Assembly (NCBI GenBank): GCA_025594325.1 | Contig: JANHCV010000003.1 | Coordinates: forward strand, 930,001 to 994,000 | Reading direction: 5' to 3' | DNA: 64,000 nucleotides | Source: Blastocladiella emersonii ATCC 22665 | Lineage: Eukaryota; Fungi; Blastocladiomycota | Shown here: positions 22,236 to 34,406 of the stretch, one piece after another | Layout of the letters: each line of letters opens with the position of its first letter | Position numbering within the stretch: position 1 is the first letter of the stretch | The notes under the pieces: generated by a model | Databases searched by the model: none | What the model was told of the DNA's origin: nothing | Seen by the model: the letters and a program-made list of their open reading frames with translations, nothing else | Made by a program: the position numbers and the translations under genes

Positions 22236-24883
22236 ATGGTCAAGCTCCTCTCGGTCCTCGCTGTTGCCGCCGCCCTCGGCTCCTCAACCATGGCCAACCC
22301 GGTCGCGCTCGACGACTTCCTCAACTTCGACAAGCCCCGCCTGTCGCTGGACGGCAACTCGGGCGGCGAGGTGGTCAACGTGTCGCTGAAGACGGCGCCG
22401 GCGTCGCGCGTCGTCGTGTACTTTGACGCGCCCAACACCAAGTTCGACAAGTGCGCGCTCGAGTTCACGCCGCAAAACTTCAACAAGCCGCAGCCGCTCA
22501 CGGTCGTGTCGATGCCGTACCTCTCGATTGCGCCCGCCGAGCGCCAGGTCCCCGTCACGTTCACGGCCTTCTCGGACGACTGCAACTACCGCCACTACGG
22601 CAAGTCGGCCCAGCTCCCGACGGTCCGCGAGAAGGGCAAGACGGGCCAATGCCAGGTCACCGGCGACCCGCACTACCGCTCGTTTGACACGCGCGCGCTG
22701 TACCACTACCAGGGTCCGTACATCTCTTCGCTGATGGCGGGTGTGATGTCGATTCGCTCACTAACGCACTCTCCTCGGAAACGATAGGCGAGGGCGACTT
22801 CTACCTCGTCAAGTCCGACTTCATCACGATCCAGGCGCGCCAGGGCAAGTGCTTCAGCAAGGCGACGTGCATTGTGGCGCTCGCGGTCCGCTACGGGCCG
22901 GCCTCGTTCGTCATCGACGCGAACCAGCCCGACCCGAACCTGTGCCTGCAGGTCGTCACCACGACCGAGGGCGCGACCATCTCCAAGACGCGGTCGGGCA
23001 CCACAACCTCGGTGAACGTGGCTTTCAACGCGGGCTCGAACCTCAAGGTCGACATTCTCAGCAGCGGCCGCGACAAGTACCTCAACGTGTACTTTGATGC
23101 GGCCAACGTGCTCAAGGGCAAGCTGCAGGGTCTGTGCGGCCGCTTCGACGGCGACGCCAACAACGACTTCACGGGCCGCGACGGCCGCGTGTACGACTCG
23201 CAGGGCATCATCAACTACGCGGCGCAGGACGTGCTCAACGTCAAGCCCGGGTTCCAGAACACGGACCTGTTCAAGTTCGGCGAGTCGTGGCGCGTGCCCA
23301 ACGACGACTCGATCTTCAAGTGCCGCGACAAGTGCGCGGGCAGCAACGCGCGCCTGCCGATCGACGCGCCCGTCACGCAGTGCCGCCGCCCAGACGCGTC
23401 CAAGGTCGTGTGCGTCAAGCCGCCGCCGACCCTCACGTCTTCGGGCGTCCGCCCGCCTGGCGCGACCACCTCGGTGGGCGGGGGCGGTGTCATCATCTCG
23501 TCGACGTCGGCCATCACCTCGCGCGCGGGGACCACGTCGGTCATCGGCGGCGGCACCGTGTCCACGCTCCCCGGCCTCCCGACCGGCCCCGTCGTGACGA
23601 CCGTGATCGGCGGCGTTACGACCACGATTCGCACGGGCACGACGCAGCTGCCCATCGGCGGCGGCGGTGTGACGACGACGGTCATCGGTGGCGTGACGAC
23701 GACGATTGGTGGTGGCGGCGTGATCCCGCCGTTCCCGACGCTCCTGCCTCCGGGCCAGCCCGGTCAGCCGGGCCAGCCTGGCGGCTCCACGCTCATTGGC
23801 GGCGGCAGCTCGAGCGGGATCATCTCGACGGGCACGGCCGTCGGTTCGACCACGTCGCGCCTCATCACCTCGGTCATCACGTCCGGTACCGCGACATTCA
23901 CGACCACGTTTGTCTCCGGCGGGGGCAGCGTCTCGTCGGGCACGGCCATCGGCTCCAGCACCTCACGCGCGTCGACGAGCACGATCGGCGGCGGTGGCGG
24001 CTCGGTCACGACGTCGCGCGCCGGTTCCGTGATTGGCACCTCGACCCGCGTGGCCACGTCGACCGTGCCGGGCGGCAACCGTCCGGGGTACACGTACGTC
24101 CCGTTGCCGCCGTCGTGCCCGAAGCCGATCGTCGTGTTCCCGGTCCCGCCGGGCTACCGCAAGCAGAAGAACCTGCCGCGGTACATTGGCGAGGAGCCCA
24201 AGATGCCCGAGGTGCGGGCGCTGGCCGAGGCGCCGGCCGAGGTGGTCGCGGCGGCGGCGGGCGAGTGCGCCAAGAAGATCGTGGCCATCGACGACTGCGA
24301 CGAGGAGGTCCAGGCGTACGTGCAGATGTGCGAGGCCGATATTCAGGCCCAGATGAACCCGGACGCGGCCGTCGAGGCGCACCGCCTCGCGTACACGCAC
24401 GTTTGCGCGCGCAACATCCTCTCGCAGGCGCAGGAGCCCTTCCCCGAAGTCGCCGAGAAGGCGCGCGCCACGGCGCAAAAGTACGCGTTCGGCACCAACC
24501 AGTGCGACGAGCAGTGCATCAACTGCACCGAGGGCGGGTGCGTGCAGTGCCGCGACAACGACGCCTTCGAGGTGCAGAACGGGCGCTGCGTCGCCCGCAC
24601 CGCGCTCCAGTACCAGGCCGAGTTCTTCGCCCCCAAGCCCGCGTTCCGCGCCCTGACCGACGAGGAGACGACGCAGCCGCTCAACGACGAGGACGCCAAG
24701 CGCGCCGCTGAGGACCCGACCTTCAACCCGTCGGCGGCCGAGGCCCAGGACACCATCATCGTCACGACGCCCAACAACAACGCCGACCAGGGCAAGGACG
24801 GCAAGGCCGCGTCGAGCGCGACCCGCGTCGCGCTCTCTTCGCTTGCGGGTCTCGCGGCGGTGGTTGTTTCGGTCATGTTCTAG
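22236..24883 (+). CDS. Secreted, probably GPI-anchored von Willebrand factor type D (VWD) protein with mucin-like T/G linker; join(22236..22713, 22788..24883)
   Basis: Signal peptide; CQVTGDPHYRSFD, GEGDFYLVKS, LQGLCGRFDGDANNDF and FGESWRV are VWD hallmarks; Cys-rich distal region; hydrophobic C-terminus AASSATRVALSSLAGLAAVVVSVMF. Confidence 0.85.
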
Positions 24884-24974
24884 TTCCTTTGATTCATATT
24901 GTAACATGTTTATATTGTGTTTGCAATGGTTCAAGTGTGATGAGCAAGTCAGTGTGATGATTTCGTGGCCACGG

Positions 24975-27476
24975 TCAGCGCGTTGAAGCTGATGGCCGCC
25001 GCGCAGTCTGCTCCGTCATGAGGATTTCATTGCTGCCGACGCCCTCGCGCCGAGTCAAAGGACGTGACTTGTGTGCCGCGGACACGGCGTTGTGCGCGAT
25101 CCGGCGACCCGAGCAGCGGCAGCAGCACCACTTGTACAGCGCGAGCAGGACGAGGATGCCGACGGCCGCACCTATGACGGCCGCGGCCACGACGTTGGTC
25201 GAGATCCACTGGATGATCTTGCCGAGCGTGTCGGCGTCGCTGCATACGCCCTGTACGCAGGTACCGCCTACACGACGATTCGAGATGAGTCGCTGCGGAC
25301 GGGATCACGGGCGCGATGAGAGAACGTACTGGAGCCGCATGGCGTGCCGTCGAGGAACATGCCCGAGAGCTGGCGGCAACCGAACGCGCTTGACTGGCAG
25401 AAGAGGTAGCACTGGCCCTTGAACAGCGACGGACTACGCGCGGTGCTCGCGAGGTCAGCGGTCCCGGGCAGCGTAGAACAGCCCAGCGCGCCGATCAACG
25501 TACCACTCGCCTTCAATCTCGTCGACCACGGTCGCGTTGGCGCCCTCGCTCGGCTGACTCCGCAGCTTGCACTGCAGGTCGCGCGTCGTGCACTGGCCGC
25601 TCGCGCAAGTCCCGTTGCTGGCGCCGGCACCGAGCGAGCAGCTCATCCCGTTGTCGTAGTACGCGTCGGGCGGGCAGTGGCGCGACTGGCCGTCGCAAAA
25701 GTCGGGCTGGTCGCACACGCCGCGGCTCGGGCGGCACAGCGTGTTGCTCTCGCGCGTGCGCAGCTTGCACCCGCTGCAGCACGCGTCCGACTTGTCGCTA
25801 AGTTCGCGCGCGGTGTGAGTACGGCTTTTGCGAACTTTTCGTGCAGCAGAGGGCGTACTCGCACTGCGCGCTGGCCTTGAGCGTGCAGTTGGAGTTGCAG
25901 CACGCGTTCCCGCGACACGCCGTTGCGCCGCCGCAGTCGCACTCCTCGCCGGCCTCGACGATGCCGTTCCCGCACTGCGCGACCGAGACGACGGGCCGCG
26001 TCCCCGGGTCGGCGAGGCAGGTTCCCAGCGTGCCGTACTTTGAGCAGATCTCGTTGGCCGAGCACGGGCTGAACTGGCGGTTGTCGACGCGCGAGTACGG
26101 GTTCATGATGTAGGACTTTGGGCACAAGTTGCACGACGCGGTCGAGTCAGCGATCGACGTCGTGTTCCCGCACGCGCAGCAGCCCGACGTCGGGCACTTG
26201 GTGTCGATAGTACAGTCGTGGCGCGCCCCAAAGTTGTGCCTACACACGAACCATGGTCAGCGAGGGCTCGCCGCAGTGAGCGGCCCGAAAGCGCGTACCC
26301 GATCTCGTGCGCCGTGACCACCCATTCCGAGTCGGACGGGAACGAGCTGGGCGACGCAGTGACGCCAGCGCCCGTCACGTACTCGGTCCCAGTGCCGTCG
26401 GCCGCGGACTGCGAGAAGACTTTGGTCGAGCACGCCGTGTTGAGCCACGCGAGCCCAATAGTTGACCCCGTCGCGCAGCCCGTGTACAGGTGCCAGATCC
26501 CTGCGGCGGCGTTCCGTGTGCCGCGCCACTTCGAAAAGTCCGAGAGCCGGTTCGAGATGGTATAATTGGCCGAGCAGGGGACGTTGAAGGTACCCGAGCC
26601 CGTCGCGTTGCACGTCGCGAAGGGCACGATCTCGAGAATGCCGACCTGGATGTTGAACTGCGCCTCGTACGCGGCCGAAACGGCCAGGTAGTTGTTGAGA
26701 ACCTGCTCCTGCGCAGCGTCGACGGAGCCGTACTTGGCAATGTAGGTGCAGTCCATGGCGACGCTCGTGTAGAGAATCTTTTTGCTCGTCGGACACCCGG
26801 CTGGTGCGCGTTTCCGCAGCAGCCCGGCGCCGGGCAAGGTGTGCGACAGCGGGAACGCGTGCGTCGAGCCGTCGTGGTGGTCGTCGGCGCCGCACTGATG
26901 CGTTACATTGGACGGGGTCCGCCGATCCGACGCGCGGTACACGACGAGGGCGGCGGATGAGGGCCGTCGGCGACCCGCCACTGCAGCCGCATTCTCGAGG
27001 CTGACATCGAGTCCGCGCCGGTGCAGTTTTGCGTAGCGGTCGCCCTGCACGACGTGATAGTGCTCGCCGCGGGCCGTGAACCGGCCCTCAAACAGCGGCG
27101 GGCTCGCCTCGAGCAGCGGGTCATGGCGGCGGCGGCGGTGCACGAGGAACGTGGCCGATTGCGAGGCGCTTGCGCTGCTGTACAGGTCATAGTGTCGACC
27201 GACTCGCGCGTGTAGCGTGGGATGGAGGCCGTCCCACGGCGCGAGGGCAAAGTCAAAGTCCTCGCCGTCGACTGAGAAAACGAGTCGCGCCGCCGTGATG
27301 GACCCAGGCAGCTCTCGCGACGGCGTGAAGCGGACCGAGTGCGGATCAATCCAGTGCAGGTCGCGCAGGCCAGCGCCGAGATTGCTCGCCGCGACGACCG
27401 CCGCCAAGATAGCAAGACACAGGGTAGCGAGCAGTACGCGGCTGTTGCAGCAGGTGTTGTTGCATGGAGACTTCAT
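24975..27476 (-). CDS. ADAM-family (reprolysin/disintegrin) metalloprotease, multi-exon, with TM helix
   Basis: Signal/prodomain; spliced HEIG|HNFGARHD (intron 26240-26298); Met-turn YIMNP; disintegrin CGNGIVEAGEECDCG and CDQPDFCDG; DGTPCG; TM VVAAAVIGAAVGILVLLALY. Confidence 0.92.
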
Positions 27477-28350
27477 TCGCAAGGTTTTAAGAGGGAAAGG
27501 GGAGGGGTGGGAACAAGCGGCGGGAAAAGACGAGCAACGCGTCGCGTTTCATGCATCACGTTAGCGCCTATCAGGCGAGCGCCGCCTGTTCGGGCTCGCC
27601 CACGCTTCCAGCACGTCTCTACCTTGGCTACCGCGCCGTCATGCCTGAAGACTCCATGCAATACACACATGGATCCTGAAAGGATACGATTCTTGCGTCA
27701 TGAAAGCGAGCGTCGCCGTTCCGCGTCCCTCGGCGTTGGTGTGTTTCGGCGGCGTCCCAGGAGCGGCGACTACCGCCCGAAAACTTCGCGGAGATGCTTC
27801 TGGCCACGATGGAGCAGTACATTAAGGATTGTAACGCTGTCACTTCAAACTGTCCCCACCTCCCTCAACGTTCGGTTCCTATTCAAAAGTCAGCGTGCTG
27901 CATTGCCGCTTTCATCACCACCATGCTCGCGCGCCTCCGAAGCGATAAGGAGCACATGAAACGGAGGGCAGAGCTCTTGAAAGTAACGGCTCAAACTCGC
28001 GGCATCCGGACCTCAGCCCTGTCCACATCGCAAAACCTGCAGCAGCGGTTCGGGGCCCGATCGCGGCCGGATCGCGGCCAGAAAGCAGCATCCGGGCCGG
28101 ATCTGTGATATTACCCTGACGCGGACCGGATCTGGCTCAGACGCCGCGCGGGCGGCGCGAGCGGGGTCGGGGCAGCGTCTGGGCAGCGTTGGGGCGGTAT
28201 CCGGCCCAGATCCGGCCCTGATCGTGCCGTGATCCTGCCCTGATCTCGCCCAGGTCCGGGACAGAGGCTGCCGTGATGCCGCCGCGAAGTGCGCACCGAT
28301 CGTGTCACTATCCCGCTCGCATCGTGGCCGGATCCGGGCACACGTCGCAG

Positions 28351-28448
28351 TCAGATCCTGGCCGTATCGTCGCCGGATCCGGGCCATGTCGCGCTCAGAT
28401 CCTGGCCGTATCGTCGCCGGATCCAGGCCATGTCGCGCTCAGATCCTG
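28351..28448 (+). repeat. 44-bp tandem repeat x2.2 in the left subterminal block
   Basis: TCAGATCCTGGCCGTATCGTCGCCGGATCC(G/A)GGCCATGTCGCGC at 28351 and 28395, partial third copy at 28439. Confidence 0.9.
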
Positions 28449-28600
28449 ACCCAGTCGGGGAGTCATCCGCAGCATTCGGGTATATATATATACAATATCA
28501 TCATATCGGAACACGCTTGGGCGGCCGGCCGGCCGGCCTGCCCGCTCGCCCGCCCCCACCCCACGGTGCGACAGCGCGTGCGCGCGCGCGCGCCCTTGGC

Positions 28601-29310
28601 CTACTTCTTGGCCTTGGTCTTCGTTCTGCGAGGCACCGAGATGGCGAACGCCGCGAGCGTCGCCGCGCGCTTGGCGCTGGGCTTGCGCACGCGCGTCAAC
28701 TTGGCCCGCGTCGCGGGCGTTGCGGGAGGCGCGGGTGGCGCGTTCTCGACGTTGTTGGTCGGGTCCGTCTCCTGCGTGACTTGGGCATCGGTCCACGCCG
28801 ACTCGTTGTCTTCGGCGCGCTCGTCGTCCTCGATGACGCCACTCTCGGTCGCCGCCGACTGGAGCAGCTTGGCCTCGGTCTCGCCGTCGACCACGCCCGC
28901 TGGATCTTGAGCAGCAGCCGCAGCATCGACGGCCGCGGCCGGCGAGGTGAGCCCGTGTGCCGCGCCGACTTGGGGCTCGACCATGGACCCGCTGGTCGGT
29001 GTTGCACCGGCACTGACACCTGCAGCAGCGGTGCGATGGGCTGGGAGGTGGGGGCGATGGCATGAGCGTCAGCGTCGGTCACTCGGACGCGGAGACAGCA
29101 GCGAAGGGAGCATACGACGAGGCCGCTGCTGCAGTGGCGGAGGTGGTGGTGGCCGAGGTGGTGGCGGGGTCGGCGAACGTGGACGACGAAGGGGACTGGC
29201 GTCGCTCTCGCCGCCCTCGTCATCGAGAGGGGAGGGAGAGCGGGAGCGGGAGCGGGCGGGCGGGCGGGCGGGGCGAGGGGCGCCCTGGGGGCGCCCCCTC
29301 TTCGCCGCCG
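28601..29310 (-). pseudogene. Low-complexity (RS/Pro-rich, acidic then basic) gene fragment with intron 29041..29115; no clear start codon
   Basis: GTATGC...CTGAC...CCCAG intron joins RSRSRSPSPLDDEGG...LQQRPR in frame to PHRTAAAG...MVEPQVG...KTKAKK-stop. The 5' limit is approximate. Confidence 0.45.
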
Positions 29311-31014
29311 CTGTGCAGCACGCCGCCAAACGCGCCAACGCGCCAACGCGCCAACGCGCCAATCACGTGCTCGACGCGTCGCTGCCTCGACGCCTCGCCG
29401 CCGTGCCGCAATCTCTCCCGCGCGCACGCACGCCAACGCTGGTCCGCCCACGCCCAAAGTAGCTCCCATGTAACTGCCCGCTACGCACGGTGGCCGCCGC
29501 CGCAGTGGTCGCTGCTGCCGCGTCCCCACGCTGTCCACCTGTCCCTGGTGGGCGGGTATGGCGTCGCCCGCGGCGGGCATCACGACCACGTTGCGCGGCG
29601 ACTACTTTCGCTCGCCCTCGCCGCGCGGATCGACCCATAGCAATCAATACATGCATTTGATACTTGACACCGCATCTCACCGTCCCGCCGCAGCTCGCGG
29701 CCATGGCAGCTGCAGCCCGCGGCCAAGTCCCCCGTCTGGGCCGGATCTGGGCCCGGCAACCAGATCTGGCCCGGATCTGAGCCAGACGGCTCATCTGGGC
29801 CGGATCCCGCCCCGACACCCGAGCCCCTCCGCGCGCGCCCACCCCGCCGCCCGCGTCTGAGCCGGATCCGGCCCAGAAGCGCAGTCTGGCTCAGATCCGG
29901 ACCAGAGCGGTGCTGCAGGTTTTGCGATGCAGCTTTGTGACCTCTCGGTCCGGCTCAAAGTTGCCCGCGTCTGAATGATGAATATGGACGTCCACATCAG
30001 CCTGGTTTTGTTGGAGTTTGATTTGCTTTATGAACAAGAGCGAGACCTCGACCCGTTGGTCGCCTCGTCTTGGATGCGCGAGCTCGCGGTCAAGGCATCC
30101 AAGACGAAAACGGAACTTGAGCTGTGTTATGGATTGATTTCTGATTTAGGCGAGCTGTTCCTCGAGCTAGAGATCGTCCGCTTGGTACATGCAATTTCCC
30201 TTTGACAAAAGCAGTCTGCGACACACGTGTGTGTGCCTGAAAAGCGGGTATCCGCGGCATGCCTCGTGTGTCCTCAGACGTTCGAACTCAACAACTACCA
30301 CACGAACTGCTGCCGCGAGACCACCACTGCACTGCATTCGTCGCCGTGCAAGCAGGTCAAGAAGTAGTGCAACAGGTGGAAGATTTCGACGTGAATCATA
30401 AATCGTAAAAACTCCAAGGTACACGATCCCGCTCGGCAAACCTTCTGTTGAGGATGCGGCCTTCAGAAGCTGGTTCTTGAGGACCAATTCGCGGACACCG
30501 GATCGAGGGCTAAAGCCCTCTTTCTAGACCGGGTCGCTGCCGGACAGGGTGCCGACGCTCACGTGAGCGCCATGCACGTGAGCGACCCGAAAACGCGTGA
30601 CAGACGCGTCGTTTCTCATGTGACTGCTGTGGCGCAACGCGTCCTGGCCTTGCACGTGATCGGCCTCGGCCCAACCCCCGGAAGCGCGTCGCTTGACGCT
30701 GTTCCGCTCGGCCATCGCGGAACGTTTAACGCTTTGCACCGACCCTCGACCAGGCCCGCGAGACTCCGAGCACATGAATGCGTGAGAGATGCAGAAGCGC
30801 GGTAAGCCGCTAACGGAGCCCGTGCTTGGCGTGCGTGTTGGAGAACGGAGCCCGTGTTCGGTGCACATCCTTAAACGATGCGGTTCACCTGGGAGCCGCT
30901 AGCGCAGGCTCGTTGACGTGGGCGCGAGTTCAACGGTTGCACCGAGAACGACTTGCGAGGTCCCATGAACGTGAGTTCGAGTGAGGACTACGAGGTCGAG
31001 AGATCCGCTCTTTA

Positions 31015-31769
31015 AGTTGAGGTCCGTTACACGGACGGGTCGCTCCATGGCGTGGGTTTGCCAGACGTTGCAGCGGGCGCAGACGTCTTCGTGAGCGGAT
31101 CGCTGGAACTCGCTGTTCGCGTGAGTGCGCGTCCGCGCAACGTGCTCGCTCGAGTGGGCCGTGCTCCGCTGGATCATCGCGGCCCGCGAGCTCCAGATCG
31201 AGTGGGTCCGTGGCCACGCCGTGAACTTGGAGAATGAGGAGGCCGACGCGCTCGCCAACAAGGGCTGCCGCGCATCTCCCGCTGTGAATCGCCGCCGCCG
31301 CCGTCGCGTGGACCTCGATGCGCCCTTCACGGCGCGCAGGCGCGGCTGCGACTTCAACTCAGTCCCGCGACGCTCTCTCCGCCGCCTGCACGACGCGCGA
31401 CACGACCCGCTGCTCGCTCTGACCGCGTCCGCTGGCATCACGTCCTCCCCCATCGATGTCCCAGCCCTTGTCACTGCGCTTCGGGGCAGCACGCGCCGCA
31501 TCCACCCGAGCGAGTCCCTCACCGCGAACTCGCTCCCGTGCTTCCAGCTCCGCGCGCTCGCAGGCCAGCTGCCGACCCGCAGCTGTTTGCACCAGCTCTG
31601 GCCGCACCGCTACGAGTCCCCCAACTGCGCCGAATGCCCAAAAACTGGCGGCAAGGTCGCCGACACTCAAGCGTACGCGTTTGAGTGCACACTCTTTGTG
31701 CGCAATCGTCTCCGCGGCACTGGACGACGTCCGCATCGTAAACGCCCTCGCTCGGTCGACAAGGGCTAG
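31015..31769 (+). mobile_element. Degenerate non-LTR retrotransposon 3' remnant: RNase H plus RT-associated zinc finger
   Basis: EVRYTDGS near 31020; IEWVRGHAVNLENEEADALAN (RNase H C-terminal motif); then AGQLPTRSCLHQLWP..YESPNCAEC...AFEC. Frame disruptions present; no RT domain seen. Confidence 0.75.
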
Positions 31770-32110
31770 ATCGGGGGCGGGCTCCGCACCAGCGTCACCG
31801 GATCGCTCGCCGAGCGCATTCTCAACCCAAAACACATGAAGCACCGTGGCCGCCATCGTGGACGCACCACTCGTAGCGTGGTTCAAACAGGTTTACTGAG
31901 ACGAACTCATCGATCCACGCCTCGCGCTCCTGCCGCGACGGCCATCGCCTCGAGCGCCATGCAGGAGCTTGCTTGGCGCCCTCGCTGCAGCGCGATTGCT
32001 GATGCCGCGCCGGTGACACATGACGGTGCCCTGCCGCCACTCAACGCGAGCGACCAACCGCACCATCCTTTGTTGAAGCGCGCGCATCGCGCAGCAGGGG
32101 AACGCGCTGT

Positions 32111-32246
32111 GCTGCGACGCGCAAAGCTGCGACGCGCAAAGCTGCGACGCGCAAAGCTGCGACGCGCAAAGCTGCGACGCGCAAAGCTGCGACGCGCAAA
32201 GCTGCGACGCGCAAAGCTGCGACGCGCAAAGCTGCGACGCGCGAAA
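32111..32246 (+). repeat. 15-bp minisatellite (GCTGCGACGCGCAAA) x9
   Basis: Eight exact copies plus one variant, with no spacers. Confidence 0.95.
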
Positions 32247-33280
32247 CGTGGCGCGGGCTTTAGCCCTCGATTGAAAACCAGACGCGAAGCGTCTAGGCGC
32301 CTCAAGTATAATTCGATAAAAGATCTTCACATATTAGCAACAGAATGGAGAGCACACGTGAGCAATCACCATGAATGACGGTTCGTGGTGGCTAAATCGC
32401 ATAGCAGCCCGCTTGCCAATGGAGCGACGCACGATGATTCGAATACCAGTTCCAAAAACACTTATCCCACGACGGGATAATACTTGCGAGATGCATCTGA
32501 TGTTTTGAGCGCCATTTGCGCGCTTCCGAGCGGAAACTGTGGGCGAGATCGCATCCTAATCAAACTGGTGGACGCGCTGCGCCACTCACGTGACTCGATT
32601 GGCAGGCCGAGCCCGCGCCTCCATCCCGCCTTTCGGCCCGCACGTCGCAATGACCCCGTCGAATCAAGCACTCCAACTTCATGCAAATGTTTAAAAAGTA
32701 GTCAGCGCTTCATTATCCCGCTCCGTACCCGAGAGTGACGAGGCATCAGGCACCACTCACACGCCGCGCGAGCCTGCCGTGGTCACCCCATGACTTCGGC
32801 GATCGCGGCGCGTTTCCCGGACCTCGAATGATGGAGTAACGTTTAACCTAGACCTTGGAAAGCCCGTCTGGTAAATTTTGCATCAGGTTCTCTCATCGTT
32901 TGCGAAGTGACGACCTTGACGACAGCGGCGCTCTGACCAAACAACCCTTGCCGCGCAGATACTTTGATATCACAAGAACAATTTAATGGTGCTCACTAAG
33001 CCCTTGAACATCACGGTTGCGATAAAAGCGGCGTGAAAAAGCGGCCGGCTGAGATAGTGGCCGCAACAACTGAGAACGTGTCAACCGCTTGAGAACATAG
33101 TCGTCGCACAGTCTCCGCGTGCCACTATGCTGTGATGGCTGGAGTGATCAGGTGGATCAGGTGGGCTAGGACAGCCTCTGAAGTCTTGGTCAACTTGCAT
33201 GCAAACAGCTGCGGCCTTTCGACTTGACACTGCGGTAACAGTTCCAAGTCCTTGCTCGCTTCCAGACATCCAGCGCGGCA

Positions 33281-33762
33281 ATGGAGACACCTGCCGCAAA
33301 CCACACCACAGCGGCCTCGTCCCAGCTTCAACAAGCTGGTCAAGATTCAGCCCGAACACTCGAGAAAGCTGATGACGTTTTCAGCCGGTGGGTTTACCAC
33401 TTGTCCTTCTCGTTGGAGTGGTGTGTCCCCGAGTTCAATCGCCAGACGCTATGGCTCGATTCTGTCACGGCCGCGCCACAGTGCAGTCCAGCAAGGCGCG
33501 CCACGAAGGCGTTGATGGCCGAAACTGTCGCGGTGGCCTTGGTCCCGTCCGACTGAGAGGCTCTCAGGCACAGCGAGAGCGAGTTGACACGCTCTCGGTC
33601 GCAATTGAATCGTTCGTCGAAGACGGACGTGGCCGTCCGTATGACTTTGTTCGGTGGACGTGGCTCCGTGATGATTTACTTGATGGCGAAGACTGGTCGC
33701 AGTACTTGGAAACCTTTGGAATGTCAAATGATTCTCGTATCAAGGAGTTTGTGATGCCTTAA
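33281..33762 (+). pseudogene. Probable frameshifted remnant of an unknown gene
   Basis: Protein-like stretches in two overlapping frames (LEKADDVFSRWVYHLSFSLEWCVPEF; AIESFVEDGRGRPYDFVRWTWLRDDLLDGEDW), followed by a GT-rich 3' flank. Confidence 0.3.
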
Positions 33763-34406
33763 GGTATTACGTTGTGCGTTTGTTGTTTGGTTGTTGATCG
33801 GTTGTGTGATGGGGCTCGCAAGAGTTGCTCCTAGGGACCCCCAAGGTGAAGTACACTAAACCTAGTGGTTCTGGCATGACAGCCGCCGCCCCGACGCATT
33901 CAAGATGGTATGCGCCAATCCACCGCTGATCCTCGCGTCGTTGTGTGTTCGCCTGCCTGGCGCGACTACTTGGTCGTCGTCAGCCATTTGTAGGTCGACA
34001 AGCTATGCCCAGCGCCGTATCCTCACGCGCTGCGCGGCCGATGTGATCGCTGCGGCTCGAGTGCTCATCCGGCAGCCTAGTCGTCGTCAGATGAGTGGCT
34101 GGAAGGACAAATGCTTGTGAGGTACACGATATGCGCACGCACACGCCAAGGAGATCTTGAAGCAGAGCAGCTGCACTTCTTGAAGGTTTTGGCCCGCATT
34201 CGGCCCCGCTCCCTGCCACTTCCTCCCGCATAGAAACCTCCCCATCAACTCCCAGACTCGCACGGCCTCCGTCATCTCTCTCGCAACTCTAACAACCCGA
34301 TTCACCTTCACGTTCACGCAGGCCAGGCTCAACGTCGTGTCCTCCCTCTCCAATCACAGCGCATCTCTACTTCGGCTCCCGCGGTAGCTGCCCTTTCCCC
34401 ACTCCC

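Larger units (their letters stand above)
28026..29929. mobile_element. Putative non-autonomous TIR DNA element (~1.9 kb) with GATCC/CCGG-rich subterminal repeats and an internal spliced gene fragment
   Basis: 19-bp perfect inverted repeat CATCGCAAAACCTGCAGCA (28026-28044; reverse complement at 29911-29929); further imperfect inverted similarity between ~28120-28215 and ~29790-29875; no transposase inside. Confidence 0.65.

Noticed and set aside
1-27476. Functional or biosynthetic gene cluster
   Set aside because: The genes are functionally unrelated housekeeping and surface proteins with no backbone enzyme.
27794-28108. 104-aa ORF after the ADAM gene
   Set aside because: It runs into the TIR and subterminal repeats and has no recognisable domain; not supportable as a gene.
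32111-32246. CRISPR-like array
   Set aside because: Units are contiguous 15-mers with no unique spacers, there are no cas genes, and the context is eukaryotic.
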